DNA of 64,000 nucleotides from Dehalococcoidia bacterium (GTDB lineage Bacteria > Chloroflexota > Dehalococcoidia > Bin125), in assembly GCA_963555985.3 (NCBI GenBank), contig OY820591.1:224001-288000 (forward strand), read 5' to 3'. Of this stretch, positions 1 to 11,200 are shown in pieces. Made by a program: the position numbers and the translations under genes. The notes beneath the pieces were generated by a model. It saw only the letters and a list, made by a program, of their open reading frames with translations, searched no databases and was not told where the DNA came from. Position 1 is the stretch's first letter, and each line of letters starts with the position of its first letter.

Positions 1-553
1 CGACATCCACTGCAACCGCGCCGCCCTCGATCGCGCTGTCGAGCAGATGGGCGACATCGACGAGCTGCTCTGCGCCGGAGACGCCTGCTACCAGTACCGC
101 TTCTCCAACGACGTCGCCGAGCGCCTGCGCCAACTCGGCGGACGTTACGTGCTCGGCAACCACGAGGAAATCCTGCTCTCCGACGCCGGAGCTCGAGCCC
201 AGGCTTCCCCCAGCGTCAACCGCGAACTGCTGGAGTGGACCCGCGAGCAGCCCCACCTGATCCGCACCGAGATCGGCGGCAAGAAGCTGCTCATGTTCCA
301 CGCCACCCCTTGGGCGCCCTATCGCGACTACCTCTTCCCCCACGATCCCCAACTCCAGCGAGTCGCCGAAGAGGACGCCGACTTCATCATCTACGGTCAC
401 ACCCACGCGCCCCTCGTCACCCGCATCGGCCGCGCCCTGATCGTCAATCCCGGCTCCGCCGGCGAAGCCCGCGGCTCCGAACAACTCCTCACCTATGCTG
501 TCTTAGACACGAGCGCCGAGGCCGCGACCATCGAACAGATCACATTCGCCTGA
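1..553 (+). CDS. Metallophosphoesterase (calcineurin-like, YfcE/MJ0936 type), 5'-truncated by the window edge
   Basis: Frame is open from base 2 (D-I-H-C-N). Motifs DIH, AGD, GNHE, FH, GHTH and NPGS are present. Confidence 0.9.
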   Translation, partial: DIHCNRAALDRAVEQMGDIDELLCAGDACYQYRFSNDVAERLRQLGGRYVLGNHEEILLSDAGARAQASPSVNRELLEWTREQPHLIRTEIGGKKLLMFHATPWAPYRDYLFPHDPQLQRVAEEDADFIIYGHTHAPLVTRIGRALIVNPGSAGEARGSEQLLTYAVLDTSAEAATIEQITFA

Positions 554-649
554 TTCGCCTCCCGCACGCCCTGCCGGAGGCGCTGGCGATTGCCGCATCT
601 GCACCAACTCGCCCAGCCTCACGCAGCACAGGCCCCACATGCTGGATGG

Positions 650-3600
650 ATGCCGATGACAGACCGATCCCCCAACCCACGGCTCGACGAGGCGCGCGAA
701 GCCCTGCGCGCCTTTCCGCCCGCCCTCTCCCAGGACTTCGAAGCCGCCGTCGAAGCGGTCGAACCCATCCTCGAACCGGACGAACTCGACATCTGGATCA
801 GCACCGGGCTCGATGTCGCCCGCCACTCCCTCCGCAGCTGGGAAGCTGCCGCCGAGTACTTTCGCGCCTCCGGGCCCGTACTCGAGCAGATCACCTACGA
901 CCGGATGCGTGAGTGGTGCGGTGTGGGAATCGATCTGATGGAGACCTCCCCGGCCCTGGCCGGCGCGCTCTTCCGCGCCAGCCCCACCGTGCTCCCCCAT
1001 CTCTCCGTCCCCCAGGCCAACGACTGGGCCGCCCAGGGCAAGTCGCTCTACAAAGGCACCTGGAAGTCCGGCTCGCTCTCCGCCCAGTACTTCGATGTCT
1101 CTCCCCAAATCCTGCCCCATCTCCCCCTCAGTCAGATGCGGCTGCTCGTGGAGTTGATCGACTCGCTCGCCTCACACTCCTACGAACTCGCCTCAGCTTG
1201 TCTCGGCATGGCCCCCGGCGTGCTCTCCCAACTCGAACGCTCCGACCGCGCTCCCTTCCTCGAATTCGGCGGCGTCGTTGCTCACACCGCCTGGGTTGAC
1301 GCCCGCGTCTACTTCGAGCGCGGCCCCACCGCCTTGCGACAGATCAGCCCTGAACAGCGCCCCCGCTATCTCTCCCTCGCCGGACAGGTCGCGCTCCAGG
1401 TCGGACGCCTCGGACACCCCTACTTCATCGAGGCCGCACAGGCCCTCTCGGATGTCGACAAAGACATCCACGAAGGCTTGCTCGAACTCGCCGAGCAACT
1501 CTCCCCCCATTCCGGCGACGCCGCAATGGAATTCCTCAAGTCTTCGCCCCGAGTCGCCCAACGCCTCAGCATCGACGACATCGCCCGCTGGCAAGAGTTC
1601 GGCCTGACCATCCTCCAGCAGTCCGTAGACGGCGGCGAAGCCTTCTTCCGCCTCGAATCCGCACGCGGCGAAGAGGTCATGGAGGCGCTCAGCTCCCGCG
1701 TCGACCTCGATCGTGTCTCCGAACTGATTCGGATGTACTGCAAGGCGCTCACCGGCGTCGATGTCGGCGTCAAAGCCTCCGAAGAACTGACCGCCAAGGG
1801 CGTCGGCTGGGTGGACGAATCCAGCCCCACCACCGAGGGCACCACGATCTACCTGCCCGAGAACGTCGAGCGCTACGCCACCAAGCAGGAGAACTTCAGC
1901 GTCTACAAGGTCTTCGCCACCCACCAGGCCGGACGCCTCGAATTCGGCTCATTCGAATACCAGGCGGAACTGCCCTCCGATCTCTTCCCGCAGAACGGCA
2001 GCGCCGGCAACGGCGTCTCCGGCAACGGCGGCGCCCCGGTCATAACCGAAGCGCCCGAGGACGCCGCTGAAATCCACACCGACATGGAGCGCTTCTTCGA
2101 CCAGTTCGGCGACCGCCGCCTCGCCCACGACCTCTTCACCATCGTCGAAGACACCCGCATCGACACCATCGTCAAGCGCGAGTACGCCGGCGTCCGCCGC
2201 GCCTTCTCCCGCCTCCAACAGGCCGCCGCCGACCGCCGCCGCCCCGTCGAAAATATGCCCGCCCGTCAAGCGATGGTCGAAAACCTCCTCCGCGCCTCGC
2301 TCGATGAAATCGGCCGTATCCGCTGGCCCAACGAACTCGCCGAGCAACTCCGCCAGCCGCTCCGCATCCTCAACCGCATCCGTCAGGAAGGCGCGACCGT
2401 CCAGGACAGCGCCGCCGCCACCGCTCTCCTCTACGAGTGGGTCGCCCAAGTCCCCAATGTCGAGTTGGAGAGCGAAGACTGGGAAGAGTTCGACCAGGAA
2501 CACGCCGGCGATCCCGACGGCGACGAAGACGGCGACATGATGCCCGGCTCCGGTTCCAGCGGCTTCGAAGAATCCTTCATGCCCTTCATGCCCGGCAGCG
2601 AAGAACGCCCCTACGACAGCCCCGATCCGGTCGACTTCCGCGGCGACTTCAAGCCCGAACTCGTCCAACTGCTGATGAAGCTCAAGGGTGAAACCGGCTC
2701 CGGCGACGCCCCCCCGATCCCGCTCTCCAAGGAGCAGCTGCAAGAACTTCTGGAGAAGTCCGTCGAGATCTCGATCAACGAGCTGATGGACATGGACCTG
2801 GCCGAATCGAGCGGGATGTTCCTCGACAACCTGCTCAAAGAGGTCAATCAGATCCAGGGCGAGCGTCAAGAAGGCCAGCAGGCCATGGGCGACGACTCGA
2901 CCGGTGCCGACGACGGCGACGAGCTGCCGGTCGAACCGCAGTCGTTCTACTACGACGAATGGGACTTCCGCGCCGCCGACTACAAGCCCCGCTGGTGCCG
3001 AGTCCAGGAGCAGCGCGGCGAGTCCGGCACGCCCAACTACTACAACGAAACCCTCCACGATCACGCGCAACTCGTCCAGGAGACGCGCAAGCAATTCGAG
3101 ATGCTGCGCCCCGAACTCTTCCGCAAGATGAAGCGCCTCACCGACGGCGAGGACTACGACCTCGACGCCGTGATCGAGTGGTACACCGAGAAAATCGCCG
3201 GCGCCACCACCGAAACCAAGCTCTTCTACCGCCGCAACAAGGTCGAACGCGACGTCGCCGTCGCCTTCCTGCTCGATGTCTCCGCCTCAACCGACGAGGA
3301 GATCCAGAAGCACCAGGATCAGCGCCACGACGACCAGTTCGACGACGACCCGCGCAAATACCTCAGCTGGTGGGCGCAGCGTCGCGCCGAAGCCGCCCGC
3401 CACCCGGGCAAGCGCATCATCGACCTCGAGAAGGAAGCCGTCGTGCTTCTGATCGAAGCGCTCGAAACCATCGGCGACAAGTACGGCGTCTACGGCTTCT
3501 CCGGCTACGGCCGCGACAACGTTGAGTTCTTCGTCTACAAAGACATGGACGAACCGTTCGGCGACCGGATCAAGGAGCGCATCGACAAGATCGCCCCCGT

Positions 3601-3937
3601 CCGCTCCACTCGCATGGGCCCCGCCATTCGCCACTGCATCTGGAAGCTCCAGAACACCGACGCCAAAGTCAAGATTCTGATCCTCCTCTCCGACGGCCGC
3701 CCCCAAGACCACGGCTACGGACGCGACCGCACCGAGAAGGAATACGCCATCCACGACACCAAGATGGCCCTCACCGAAGCCCGCCGCGAGGGCATGGTCC
3801 CCTTCGCCCTCACGGTCGACCGAGCCGGCCACGACTACCTCAAGCAGATGTGCCAGGACATGGCCTACGAGGTCGTCGCCGACATCGAGCGCCTCCCCCG
3901 CCTGCTCCCCGCCCTCTACCGCCGCCTCACCGGCTAG
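650..3937 (+). CDS. Large von Willebrand factor A domain protein, NorD/CbbO-like (MoxR AAA+ adaptor)
   Basis: C-terminal vWA with MIDAS DVSAS, STRMG and LSDGRPQD; YDEWDF...Y..RWCRV motif typical of NorD/CbbO; acidic linker; helical repeat N-terminus. Start ATG at 650 or 656. Confidence 0.85.
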   Translation: MPMTDRSPNPRLDEAREALRAFPPALSQDFEAAVEAVEPILEPDELDIWISTGLDVARHSLRSWEAAAEYFRASGPVLEQITYDRMREWCGVGIDLMETSPALAGALFRASPTVLPHLSVPQANDWAAQGKSLYKGTWKSGSLSAQYFDVSPQILPHLPLSQMRLLVELIDSLASHSYELASACLGMAPGVLSQLERSDRAPFLEFGGVVAHTAWVDARVYFERGPTALRQISPEQRPRYLSLAGQVALQVGRLGHPYFIEAAQALSDVDKDIHEGLLELAEQLSPHSGDAAMEFLKSSPRVAQRLSIDDIARWQEFGLTILQQSVDGGEAFFRLESARGEEVMEALSSRVDLDRVSELIRMYCKALTGVDVGVKASEELTAKGVGWVDESSPTTEGTTIYLPENVERYATKQENFSVYKVFATHQAGRLEFGSFEYQAELPSDLFPQNGSAGNGVSGNGGAPVITEAPEDAAEIHTDMERFFDQFGDRRLAHDLFTIVEDTRIDTIVKREYAGVRRAFSRLQQAAADRRRPVENMPARQAMVENLLRASLDEIGRIRWPNELAEQLRQPLRILNRIRQEGATVQDSAAATALLYEWVAQVPNVELESEDWEEFDQEHAGDPDGDEDGDMMPGSGSSGFEESFMPFMPGSEERPYDSPDPVDFRGDFKPELVQLLMKLKGETGSGDAPPIPLSKEQLQELLEKSVEISINELMDMDLAESSGMFLDNLLKEVNQIQGERQEGQQAMGDDSTGADDGDELPVEPQSFYYDEWDFRAADYKPRWCRVQEQRGESGTPNYYNETLHDHAQLVQETRKQFEMLRPELFRKMKRLTDGEDYDLDAVIEWYTEKIAGATTETKLFYRRNKVERDVAVAFLLDVSASTDEEIQKHQDQRHDDQFDDDPRKYLSWWAQRRAEAARHPGKRIIDLEKEAVVLLIEALETIGDKYGVYGFSGYGRDNVEFFVYKDMDEPFGDRIKERIDKIAPVRSTRMGPAIRHCIWKLQNTDAKVKILILLSDGRPQDHGYGRDRTEKEYAIHDTKMALTEARREGMVPFALTVDRAGHDYLKQMCQDMAYEVVADIERLPRLLPALYRRLTG

Positions 3938-3945
3938 CCCCAATG

Positions 3946-3996
3946 CCCTCTCCCCCCGCACCGCGGGGGGAGATGTCGCGCAGCGACAGAGGGGGG
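3946..3996 (+). repeat. REP-like double-hairpin element, family 1
   Basis: CTCTCCCCCCGCA-CC-GCGGGGGGAGA followed by TGTCGCGCAGCGACAGAGGGGGG. Related copies at 4495, 11631, 37087 (minus) and 51171. Confidence 0.85.
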
Positions 3997-4111
3997 TCTG
4001 GGGCGATTGCTGTCGCACTATGTCCCTATCTGCTCGGGATCGGATCCCCCTCTGTGCCCCTCCCCCGCATTGCGGAGGAGAAGGGATCGTGACATCGGAT
4101 ACCATGACCTC

Positions 4112-4456
4112 ATGTCATTCATCGCAGGAACCCTAACCGCCGCAGGCATCGCCGCCGCCTTCGTCGCAACCCTGATCGGCCACGACTCCACCGGCCTCTA
4201 CATCATCTGCGCCACGATCGCCGCCGCCGGACTGCTGCTCATGCTCCTCCAGATCGCCCGACGTCGGCGGGATGCCGCCCCCTGGTACGCGCTCGCGCCG
4301 ATGGCCATCGTCGTCGCCCTACTCGGCGTCGCCGCCTCAGGAGCCAGCTGCGGCGTCGCCTGCATCGCCTGGGGCGGTCCGGCCGCAGCAGTCACGCTAG
4401 CCGCGCCGGATATCCGGGGTTGGTTCAGGAGCCGGACACCGCTGAGGCGGGTCTGA
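4112..4456 (+). CDS. Small membrane protein (about 4 hydrophobic segments), function unknown
   Basis: ATG 4112 in the 4007..4456 ORF; alternating hydrophobic stretches; flanked by REP copies. Confidence 0.65.
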   Translation: MSFIAGTLTAAGIAAAFVATLIGHDSTGLYIICATIAAAGLLLMLLQIARRRRDAAPWYALAPMAIVVALLGVAASGASCGVACIAWGGPAAAVTLAAPDIRGWFRSRTPLRRV

Positions 4457-4494
4457 CCGGCTGGGAACACGCCCAGCGCGTCCACTCGGCTGTT

Positions 4495-4543
4495 CTCTCC
4501 CCCCGCACTGCGGGGGGAGATGTCACGTAGTGACAGAGGGGGG
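4495..4543 (+). repeat. REP-like element, family 1
   Basis: CTCTCCCCCCGCACTGCGGGGGGAGATGTCACGTAGTGACAGAGGGGGG, near-identical to the 3946 copy. Confidence 0.85.
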
Positions 4544-4649
4544 CGGACCAACCTGAGCTGATCCAGACACCTTGATGCATGGGAGAACGCAGGCTCTCTG
4601 TGCCTCCGCCGCCTGCGCCAAGCGGTACTACCCAGAGCAGCGGACCTGA

Positions 4650-7600
4650 TCAGTTCGTCAACCGCAACTCCCGGTTCAGCTCCAGCCGCAGGAACCACCG
4701 CCACGTCGCCAGCACCCCGATCACCAATACTCCGACCAACACTGCGAACGCGATCCCCAAGATCTGCCAGTCAGTCTCCACTTGGAACGGCGGCAGCACC
4801 ACTCGGCCGCTCTCATCGATCTCCAGGTAGGCCAGCAGCAGCAGCGAAATCCGGTTGCCCAGCAGCACTCCCAGCACCAGTCCCGTACCGACAATGATCG
4901 CGTACTCGAGGAAGAGCTGAATCAGGATCGAAGCATTGCCCACGCCGACCGTGCGCAGCAGCGCCATCTCAAGCCGTCGCTGCCGTGCCGAGACCGCCAT
5001 CGAGACCAGGAAGGCCAGCGCTAACAGCACCGAGATCGCAATGAACGCGACCAGCAGAATGCCGCTGCCGCCGGCGGTGGTGAGCGGGTCTCTGCCGCTG
5101 TCGTCGATTCGTTCGTTGCGATCGTTGAGGTCCGAGATCGAGTAGCGCGGGCGCTCGAGCTCTTCGATCGTGAGTTGGCGCTGTTCCGGATCGTCGCTCA
5201 AGTCCAGCCAGACTTCGGTTGGCGAGATCGTGGGCCGCAAGGCGGTGATCGAGCCAAGGTGGAAGAGCGCGTCGTAGTCGGCGACCACGAAGGAGAACTC
5301 GTCTGGGCGCAAGGTGGGGAAGAGTTCGACGATCTCGGCAACTTGCGCGGTGATCACCATCGTGTCCAGCCGGATCGGGTAGCGGTCGCCGATCTCCAGC
5401 CGCTGCCGTTCGGCGAAGTCTTGGCTGATGATCGTCGGCAGCAGGCAGCGCGTGCTGCTGCACAGCGAGGGATCGGCGAAGTACGCGGCGCGCAGGCCGG
5501 GGCTTTGCCCCAGACCGGGAATGAAAGCCATCACCTGATCGCCCGAGACGGCATCTTCGGCGTCCTGGAACTTGATCTCGTCGTCTACCTCGCGCCGTTG
5601 CCGGAATTCGATCCAGTTGCCGTTCTCAAAATCTTCCACGATCAGTTCGCGTCCGTCGGACTGAATCGCCGTGATCGCGTCGTAGCGGACGGTAGACGGC
5701 TCCGAGGCAAAGAGGCCGAACGGTTCACTCATCACGATCGAGTGCAGGGCATAGGGCGCCACCGCGCCTGAGCCGACGATCTCTCGCTGGAAATCGATAT
5801 CGATTGCCGTCCAGCCGCTGCCGGGTTCGGGCATCTCAATCCCGCCCGCAGTCAGATAGCGCCCGTTCCCGTCGCGGATGCGCAACCAGAGCGATTGATC
5901 CGACTCGCCCTTGCCCACATCGACCCAGACGCGAAGCGTCTGCGTCTCTTCGGGAATGCCCACTCCCCGTCCAACCGGGGGCACGTCGATCGTGCTGATC
6001 AGCTCTTCAAACGAGAGCAGCGACATGTCTTCGCGGAACCACATCATCTCGAGCGCGGCTTTGGGTTCGAGCGCGAGCAGGGTGACGGCGGAGGTGGTGC
6101 CCACGCTCCGTCCCGCCGCGGCGCGGCTGCGATGGACCGAGCTGACCCGCTCCACGCCCTCGATCACGCCCAGCCGGTCGCGCACGCCGGCGGCGGTTGA
6201 ATAGCCGCTCTCGCCGAGCCCCGCGCGAAACTCCACACCGTTGTCGTACTGAATCCGCTCTTCCAGTGAGCGCTCAACCGTGTCCGCATAGGAGGCGGCA
6301 AACGTCCCCAGCGCCGCCCCCAGCATCAGCAGAATCGTCAGCCGCGCGGCCGGACCCACCGTCCGGCTGACGTAGCGCAGCGTCGCCGCGACCGAGAGCG
6401 GCGCGCGGTCATATGTGATCCAGGCGAAGAAACGATAGATGTAGGGCAAGAAGCGCAGGATCACCAGCGCCGCCGCCAGCGCGAACAGGATCGGTGTACT
6501 GAGCAGGAGCGGATCGGCGCTGAGGCCGCCGACGCTGTTGCGCTCGAAGACCGTGCCGCGCAGGTCAGCCTCGAAGATCAGGCCAGCCGCCACCAGCACC
6601 AGCGCGACATCGAGGAAGTAGCGCTGCAATGCGTTTGGCCCCGCCGGACGCGAGACCCCGCGCAGCCGCTCGGAGAGCACCCGTGTCCGGCTCGCCAAGA
6701 CCAGCGGCGCCAGCGTGAACAGCACCGCCACAATCGCTCCCGCCGCCGAGAGCAGGAAGGCCGTGTCGGTCAACGTGGTCGGAATCGGGTTGCCGCCCGT
6801 CAGCGGCTCGAAGACGGCGGTATAGCCGAGCAAGCCGATGATCCCGATCGCGATGAACGGCCCGATCGCCGCAGCAATGACGGCAAGGATGATGCCTTCG
6901 ATCGCAGTCAGGCTGATCACCTGGAACAGCGAAGCGCCGCGGCTGCGCATCGAGAACAACTCCTCGCGCCGCTGCGCCACCTGCACTCCGGACACGATCA
7001 CGACATAGAACAACGCGATCCCCACTACCTGCGCCAGCAGCATCAGGATCGGGACCTGGGTGAAGTTGAGATCCTTGACGAACGAGTCCAGGTGCGGCTC
7101 GATCGGTGAGCGCACGCCGCCCTCGATCGAGCGCAGGTCGGCGCGCAGGAGGTCGAACGACGCCCGCATATCGTCGAGGATGGCGACATTGAGCAGGTCG
7201 GTTTGAATCTCCGAAATCCAGGTGGTGTTGACGAGGTATCCGCTCAACAGCGGGGTGAGCGCCTGATCGAACGTCTCGGAAGAGACGATCAGCGGAATCG
7301 ACTGCGCGCGCGGCGTGCCCCAGTAGACGCCGTAGGTGATCTCACGCGGCGTTCGTTGCCAGAACTCGCTCTGCAGGTTGTCGGGAGCGATGATCCCGGT
7401 CACTTTGAACGGAATCGTCCGTTCCACCAGCATCGTCGGTTCGCAGGGTGGGCGCGGCGGCGGCGGCGGCCCGCCGGGCGGTGGATCGGGTTCGCGGTCG
7501 CACTCATCAAAACGATCGATGACATGCCACTCATCGCCGACATCGAGACGGAACCGGTTCGCGATTCGCTCGGGTACCGCGACTTCGATCCGTCCAACCA

Positions 7601-8069
7601 ATGCGCCGGATGAGTCGATCTGCGGCTGATTCGGCAGCCTGCCCTCGAGCACTTCCAGACGTTCTTCGGCGCCTTCGAGTGCTGCGAAGAATGCGGTGTC
7701 TTCGATCACTGCGCCTGGACGCGGCGGGACATCGGTGCCGGTCGGAACCGTTGAGGTAAAGCGGGTGCGGCGTCCTTCTAGCTCGCCAAAGCGCTCGCTG
7801 ATGCTGTTCCGCGCGAATTCGCGGGCCGATTCGTTGGGACCGCCGGCGAGGGGCACGCCCCAGAGACTCGTGAAGGCCTGACGTCGGTCGGTCAGGTCGT
7901 CCTGGAGCGTGACCGTGAGCGAGAGATCGGAGACGGCCCGCGTGTAGATCGTCGTCGCGGCCATCAGGATCGCAGCCACGAGAATGCCCGCCGCGATCAC
8001 CAGCTGGAGCCGCCAGCTGTCGCGCATCCGGCGCAAGACAAAGCCAAGAATGGCGCCGAACGACTCCAC
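4650..8069 (-). CDS. FtsX/MacB-like ABC transporter permease (large, two-repeat)
   Basis: N-terminal TM, large extracytoplasmic domains, 'RREELFSMRSRGAS' and 'RRLEMALLRTVG' FtsX signatures. Confidence 0.9.
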   Translation of the reverse strand: MESFGAILGFVLRRMRDSWRLQLVIAAGILVAAILMAATTIYTRAVSDLSLTVTLQDDLTDRRQAFTSLWGVPLAGGPNESAREFARNSISERFGELEGRRTRFTSTVPTGTDVPPRPGAVIEDTAFFAALEGAEERLEVLEGRLPNQPQIDSSGALVGRIEVAVPERIANRFRLDVGDEWHVIDRFDECDREPDPPPGGPPPPPRPPCEPTMLVERTIPFKVTGIIAPDNLQSEFWQRTPREITYGVYWGTPRAQSIPLIVSSETFDQALTPLLSGYLVNTTWISEIQTDLLNVAILDDMRASFDLLRADLRSIEGGVRSPIEPHLDSFVKDLNFTQVPILMLLAQVVGIALFYVVIVSGVQVAQRREELFSMRSRGASLFQVISLTAIEGIILAVIAAAIGPFIAIGIIGLLGYTAVFEPLTGGNPIPTTLTDTAFLLSAAGAIVAVLFTLAPLVLASRTRVLSERLRGVSRPAGPNALQRYFLDVALVLVAAGLIFEADLRGTVFERNSVGGLSADPLLLSTPILFALAAALVILRFLPYIYRFFAWITYDRAPLSVAATLRYVSRTVGPAARLTILLMLGAALGTFAASYADTVERSLEERIQYDNGVEFRAGLGESGYSTAAGVRDRLGVIEGVERVSSVHRSRAAAGRSVGTTSAVTLLALEPKAALEMMWFREDMSLLSFEELISTIDVPPVGRGVGIPEETQTLRVWVDVGKGESDQSLWLRIRDGNGRYLTAGGIEMPEPGSGWTAIDIDFQREIVGSGAVAPYALHSIVMSEPFGLFASEPSTVRYDAITAIQSDGRELIVEDFENGNWIEFRQRREVDDEIKFQDAEDAVSGDQVMAFIPGLGQSPGLRAAYFADPSLCSSTRCLLPTIISQDFAERQRLEIGDRYPIRLDTMVITAQVAEIVELFPTLRPDEFSFVVADYDALFHLGSITALRPTISPTEVWLDLSDDPEQRQLTIEELERPRYSISDLNDRNERIDDSGRDPLTTAGGSGILLVAFIAISVLLALAFLVSMAVSARQRRLEMALLRTVGVGNASILIQLFLEYAIIVGTGLVLGVLLGNRISLLLLAYLEIDESGRVVLPPFQVETDWQILGIAFAVLVGVLVIGVLATWRWFLRLELNRELRLTN

Positions 8070-8232
8070 CGCTCCCCCGCTTCGTCCGTCTCGCTCGCGC
8101 GACGCCTCTGCGCCGGCTCGGTCAGGCTAGATCGGCTGCGTATTCGCCAACGCCTAGTAGTCTACGAAGACTTGAGCCAATGAACACATCCCGCCGCTGA
8201 GCGCGGGATGAACCGCTTCCGGGTTTGCACGT

Positions 8233-11200
8233 ATGGGCGGAATCTTCAGTTCGTTGCCGACCGCCTTCCGCATCGCCGTGCGGCGGCTCAACGGCAACCG
8301 CCGGCTCATGGCCGCTGTCGCGATCGGCGTGATCCTCGCCGTCGCCCTGATGGCCTCAACCACGATCTACCGCAACGCCCTCCAAGACCTGGGGCTGCAA
8401 ACCGACCTGCGCCGCTCCAGCGACGCGGAGTTGGATGTGCGCATTCTCAACGCCGCGCACGGCCTCTCCGGCGATCTGGCGAACGATTCCTTCGAGACGA
8501 TCGACCGCCGCCTGCGCATTCCGCGCCAATACCTGGGCGAGATCAATCACTCCCTGACCACCGCCACCTTCTTCATGACCCAGGTTGGCGAAATCCCACC
8601 CGAACAGGACCCGCGCGATCGCGCCCGCGTGCTCTGGTTTGAGAACGTCCGGGATCATATCGAAGTCGTCGCCGGACGCTTCCCCGATCCGGCATCTCCC
8701 GCCACGCCTGACACCCAGCCCACTGTAGAAGTCGCGATCGGTGAGAAAGCCGCCGCCGCGGGTGGGTTCGAGCTCGGCCAGACCCGCGCCGTCCACGCCT
8801 CCTGGCGCGACGACACCGAACCAATCCTGATCACCGTGGTGGGGATCGTGCGCCCAATCGACTACACCGAGCGCTACTGGGGCGTGCGCCGCGACCACTT
8901 CCTTGTCCCGACCGAGAAGACCGACGCCTTCGCCTTCTTCGCGCCGCGCGAGACGCTGATCGGAGCGATGGCCGGGTTCATGCCCGAACTGCGGGCGCGC
9001 TTGGAAGTCTCCGCGCAGGTGGAACGCCGCCAGTTCGTGGCCGACGAAGCCGGTCTCGCGGCGCTGCGTTTCCGCGCCGCCTTTGAGGCTGTGACCAAGG
9101 AGATCGAGCGCACTCGGATCGAGACCGAGATCGTCAATGTGCTCGAGAACTACGAGACCAAGGAGTTCTTCTCCTCGATCCCCCTGCTCGTGCTCACATT
9201 GCAGATCGTCGGGATCGTGCTCTTCTATCTGGTCTTGGTCTCGACGATGGTGGTTGAGCGGCAGTCGGCCGAAGTCGCGCTGCTCAAGAGCCGCGGTGCC
9301 GGACTCGGCCACATCATGTCGATCTCGACGCTTGAAGGTCTGCTGCTGGTCGCGCTGGCATTGGGGGTTGGGCCGATTCTGGCACGCGAAGCGATCGGCT
9401 GGCTGGGCTACAGTCCTGCCTTCGAAGGACTCACCGGTGGTGCGCGGCTGACGGTGGAGCTGACCGGCGAGACCTACATCTGGGCCGGGATCGGCGCGGC
9501 GCTCAGTTTCATCGCCCTGCTCTGGCCGGCCTGGCGCTCGAATCGCGCCACCGTAGTGCATTACGCCCGCGCGACTTCGCGGCCCGAGGATAAGCCCGTC
9601 TTCCAGCGCTACTACCTCGACCTCGTCGTCGTCGGCGTCGGCGCACTGCTCTTCTTCCAGTTGCAGGACAGCGGCTCGCTGGTGACCGAGGATCTGTTTG
9701 GGGGCTTGCAGCAGGATCCGTTGCTCCTGATCGCCCCGGCCGTGTTCGTGGTCACCGTTGCTGTGCTCTTCCTGCGCTTGTTCCCGCTGATGCTGAGCGG
9801 GTTCGCCTGGATCGCGCGGCTGCTGGGCGGCGCCTCGTTGCAGATGGTGCTCTGGCATCTCACGAGGGCTCCGGTGCAGCCCGGACGCCTTGCGCTGCTG
9901 CTGATCATGGCGACCTCTCTGGGCATGTTCGGCGGCACCTTCGGGGCGACCCTGGACAAGTCCTTTGATGATCGCGCCAGCTATCAAGCGGGTACCGCCC
10001 TGCGTCTGGCCGATCTGCGCTCGGGCGGCGCCTCGGCGCAGATGTTGGAGGCGGACTTGGCCGAAGCGCCCGGCGTCGCGCACGCCTCCTACGTCGTCCG
10101 CGCTAACGCCTCCTATTCGCGCGGCGCGCTCGATGTGACCGACGCCACCCTGCTTGGGGTTGAGCCGGAGTCGTTTGCCGAGGTGCTCTGGTACCGCGAC
10201 GACTTCTCGGTTCAGGACGCGCGTGAACTGCTGCAACGTGTGACTACAGATGTCGTCGAACCGCCTCGGATCGAGATTCCGGCGGATGCCAAGTACGTCG
10301 GGCTCTGGCTCTGGCTGCCCGAGAGCAGCGGCTCGCTCAGTCCCTCGCTTCGTCTGCGTGACGCGAACGGACGCTACCGCGACGTGAGTTTGCGCGGTCT
10401 GCCGCGCGGACGCTTCGGCGGCGGACAGTTCGAAGAGGGATGGCGCTTCATTGCCGGCGACCTCCACGCAGGCTCCGGTCAGCCCCATCTCGGCCCCTGG
10501 TCGTTGCAGGCCGTCTCGATCCGCGCCGGTGGCTTCTCCAGCTTCTCGGGACGACTGATCTACGACGCGATCCAATACTCGACCCAAGACCAACTCCCCG
10601 AAGACTGGCTCGAGCGCGGTTTCGATGACGGTGTGATCATCGAGAGCTTTGAGGATGAGGGCCGTTGGACGGTCTTTACGGACATCGCACGCGAACCGCT
10701 GCCCGACGATGCGCGTCTCTCCGGCGACAACGTATGGCACGGCGAGTCGGCCATGCGCTACACCTGGACGCGGCAGATCCGGGCGGGGGTTCCGCGTGGC
10801 GTGCGGCTGGTTGGGCCCGAAGCGGCCGTTCCCGTGATCGTGAGCAATCAGTTTCTGACCGAGGCCGGACTGGATCAGGGTCAGATCGTGCTGATGGGCA
10901 TGTCGAACGTGTTCGTGCCCGTCAAGATCGTGGGTGCGTTCGATCTGTTCCCGACCTGGGATCCGAGCGGCAACCGCTCGTTGATCATCGCCGACCGCGA
11001 CTATCTCTTCTACCGCGTCAACCGCAATCCGACTACGGCCGGCGCGATTGCGCCCACGGAGATCTGGATCGAGCCGACCGACGAGGAGGGTTTGGCCCAG
11101 CTTCGGCGCTGGCTTGAGCTGAGCCCGCCCTGGCTGCATACCCCCTACGACGTCGACGCGATCCGCAATTTGCAGGATGAGGACCCGCTCGTCGCCGCCG

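Noticed and set aside
8356-11139. 927-aa minus-strand ORF
   Set aside because: Antisense shadow of the FtsX permease, with no motifs; typical of high-GC DNA.
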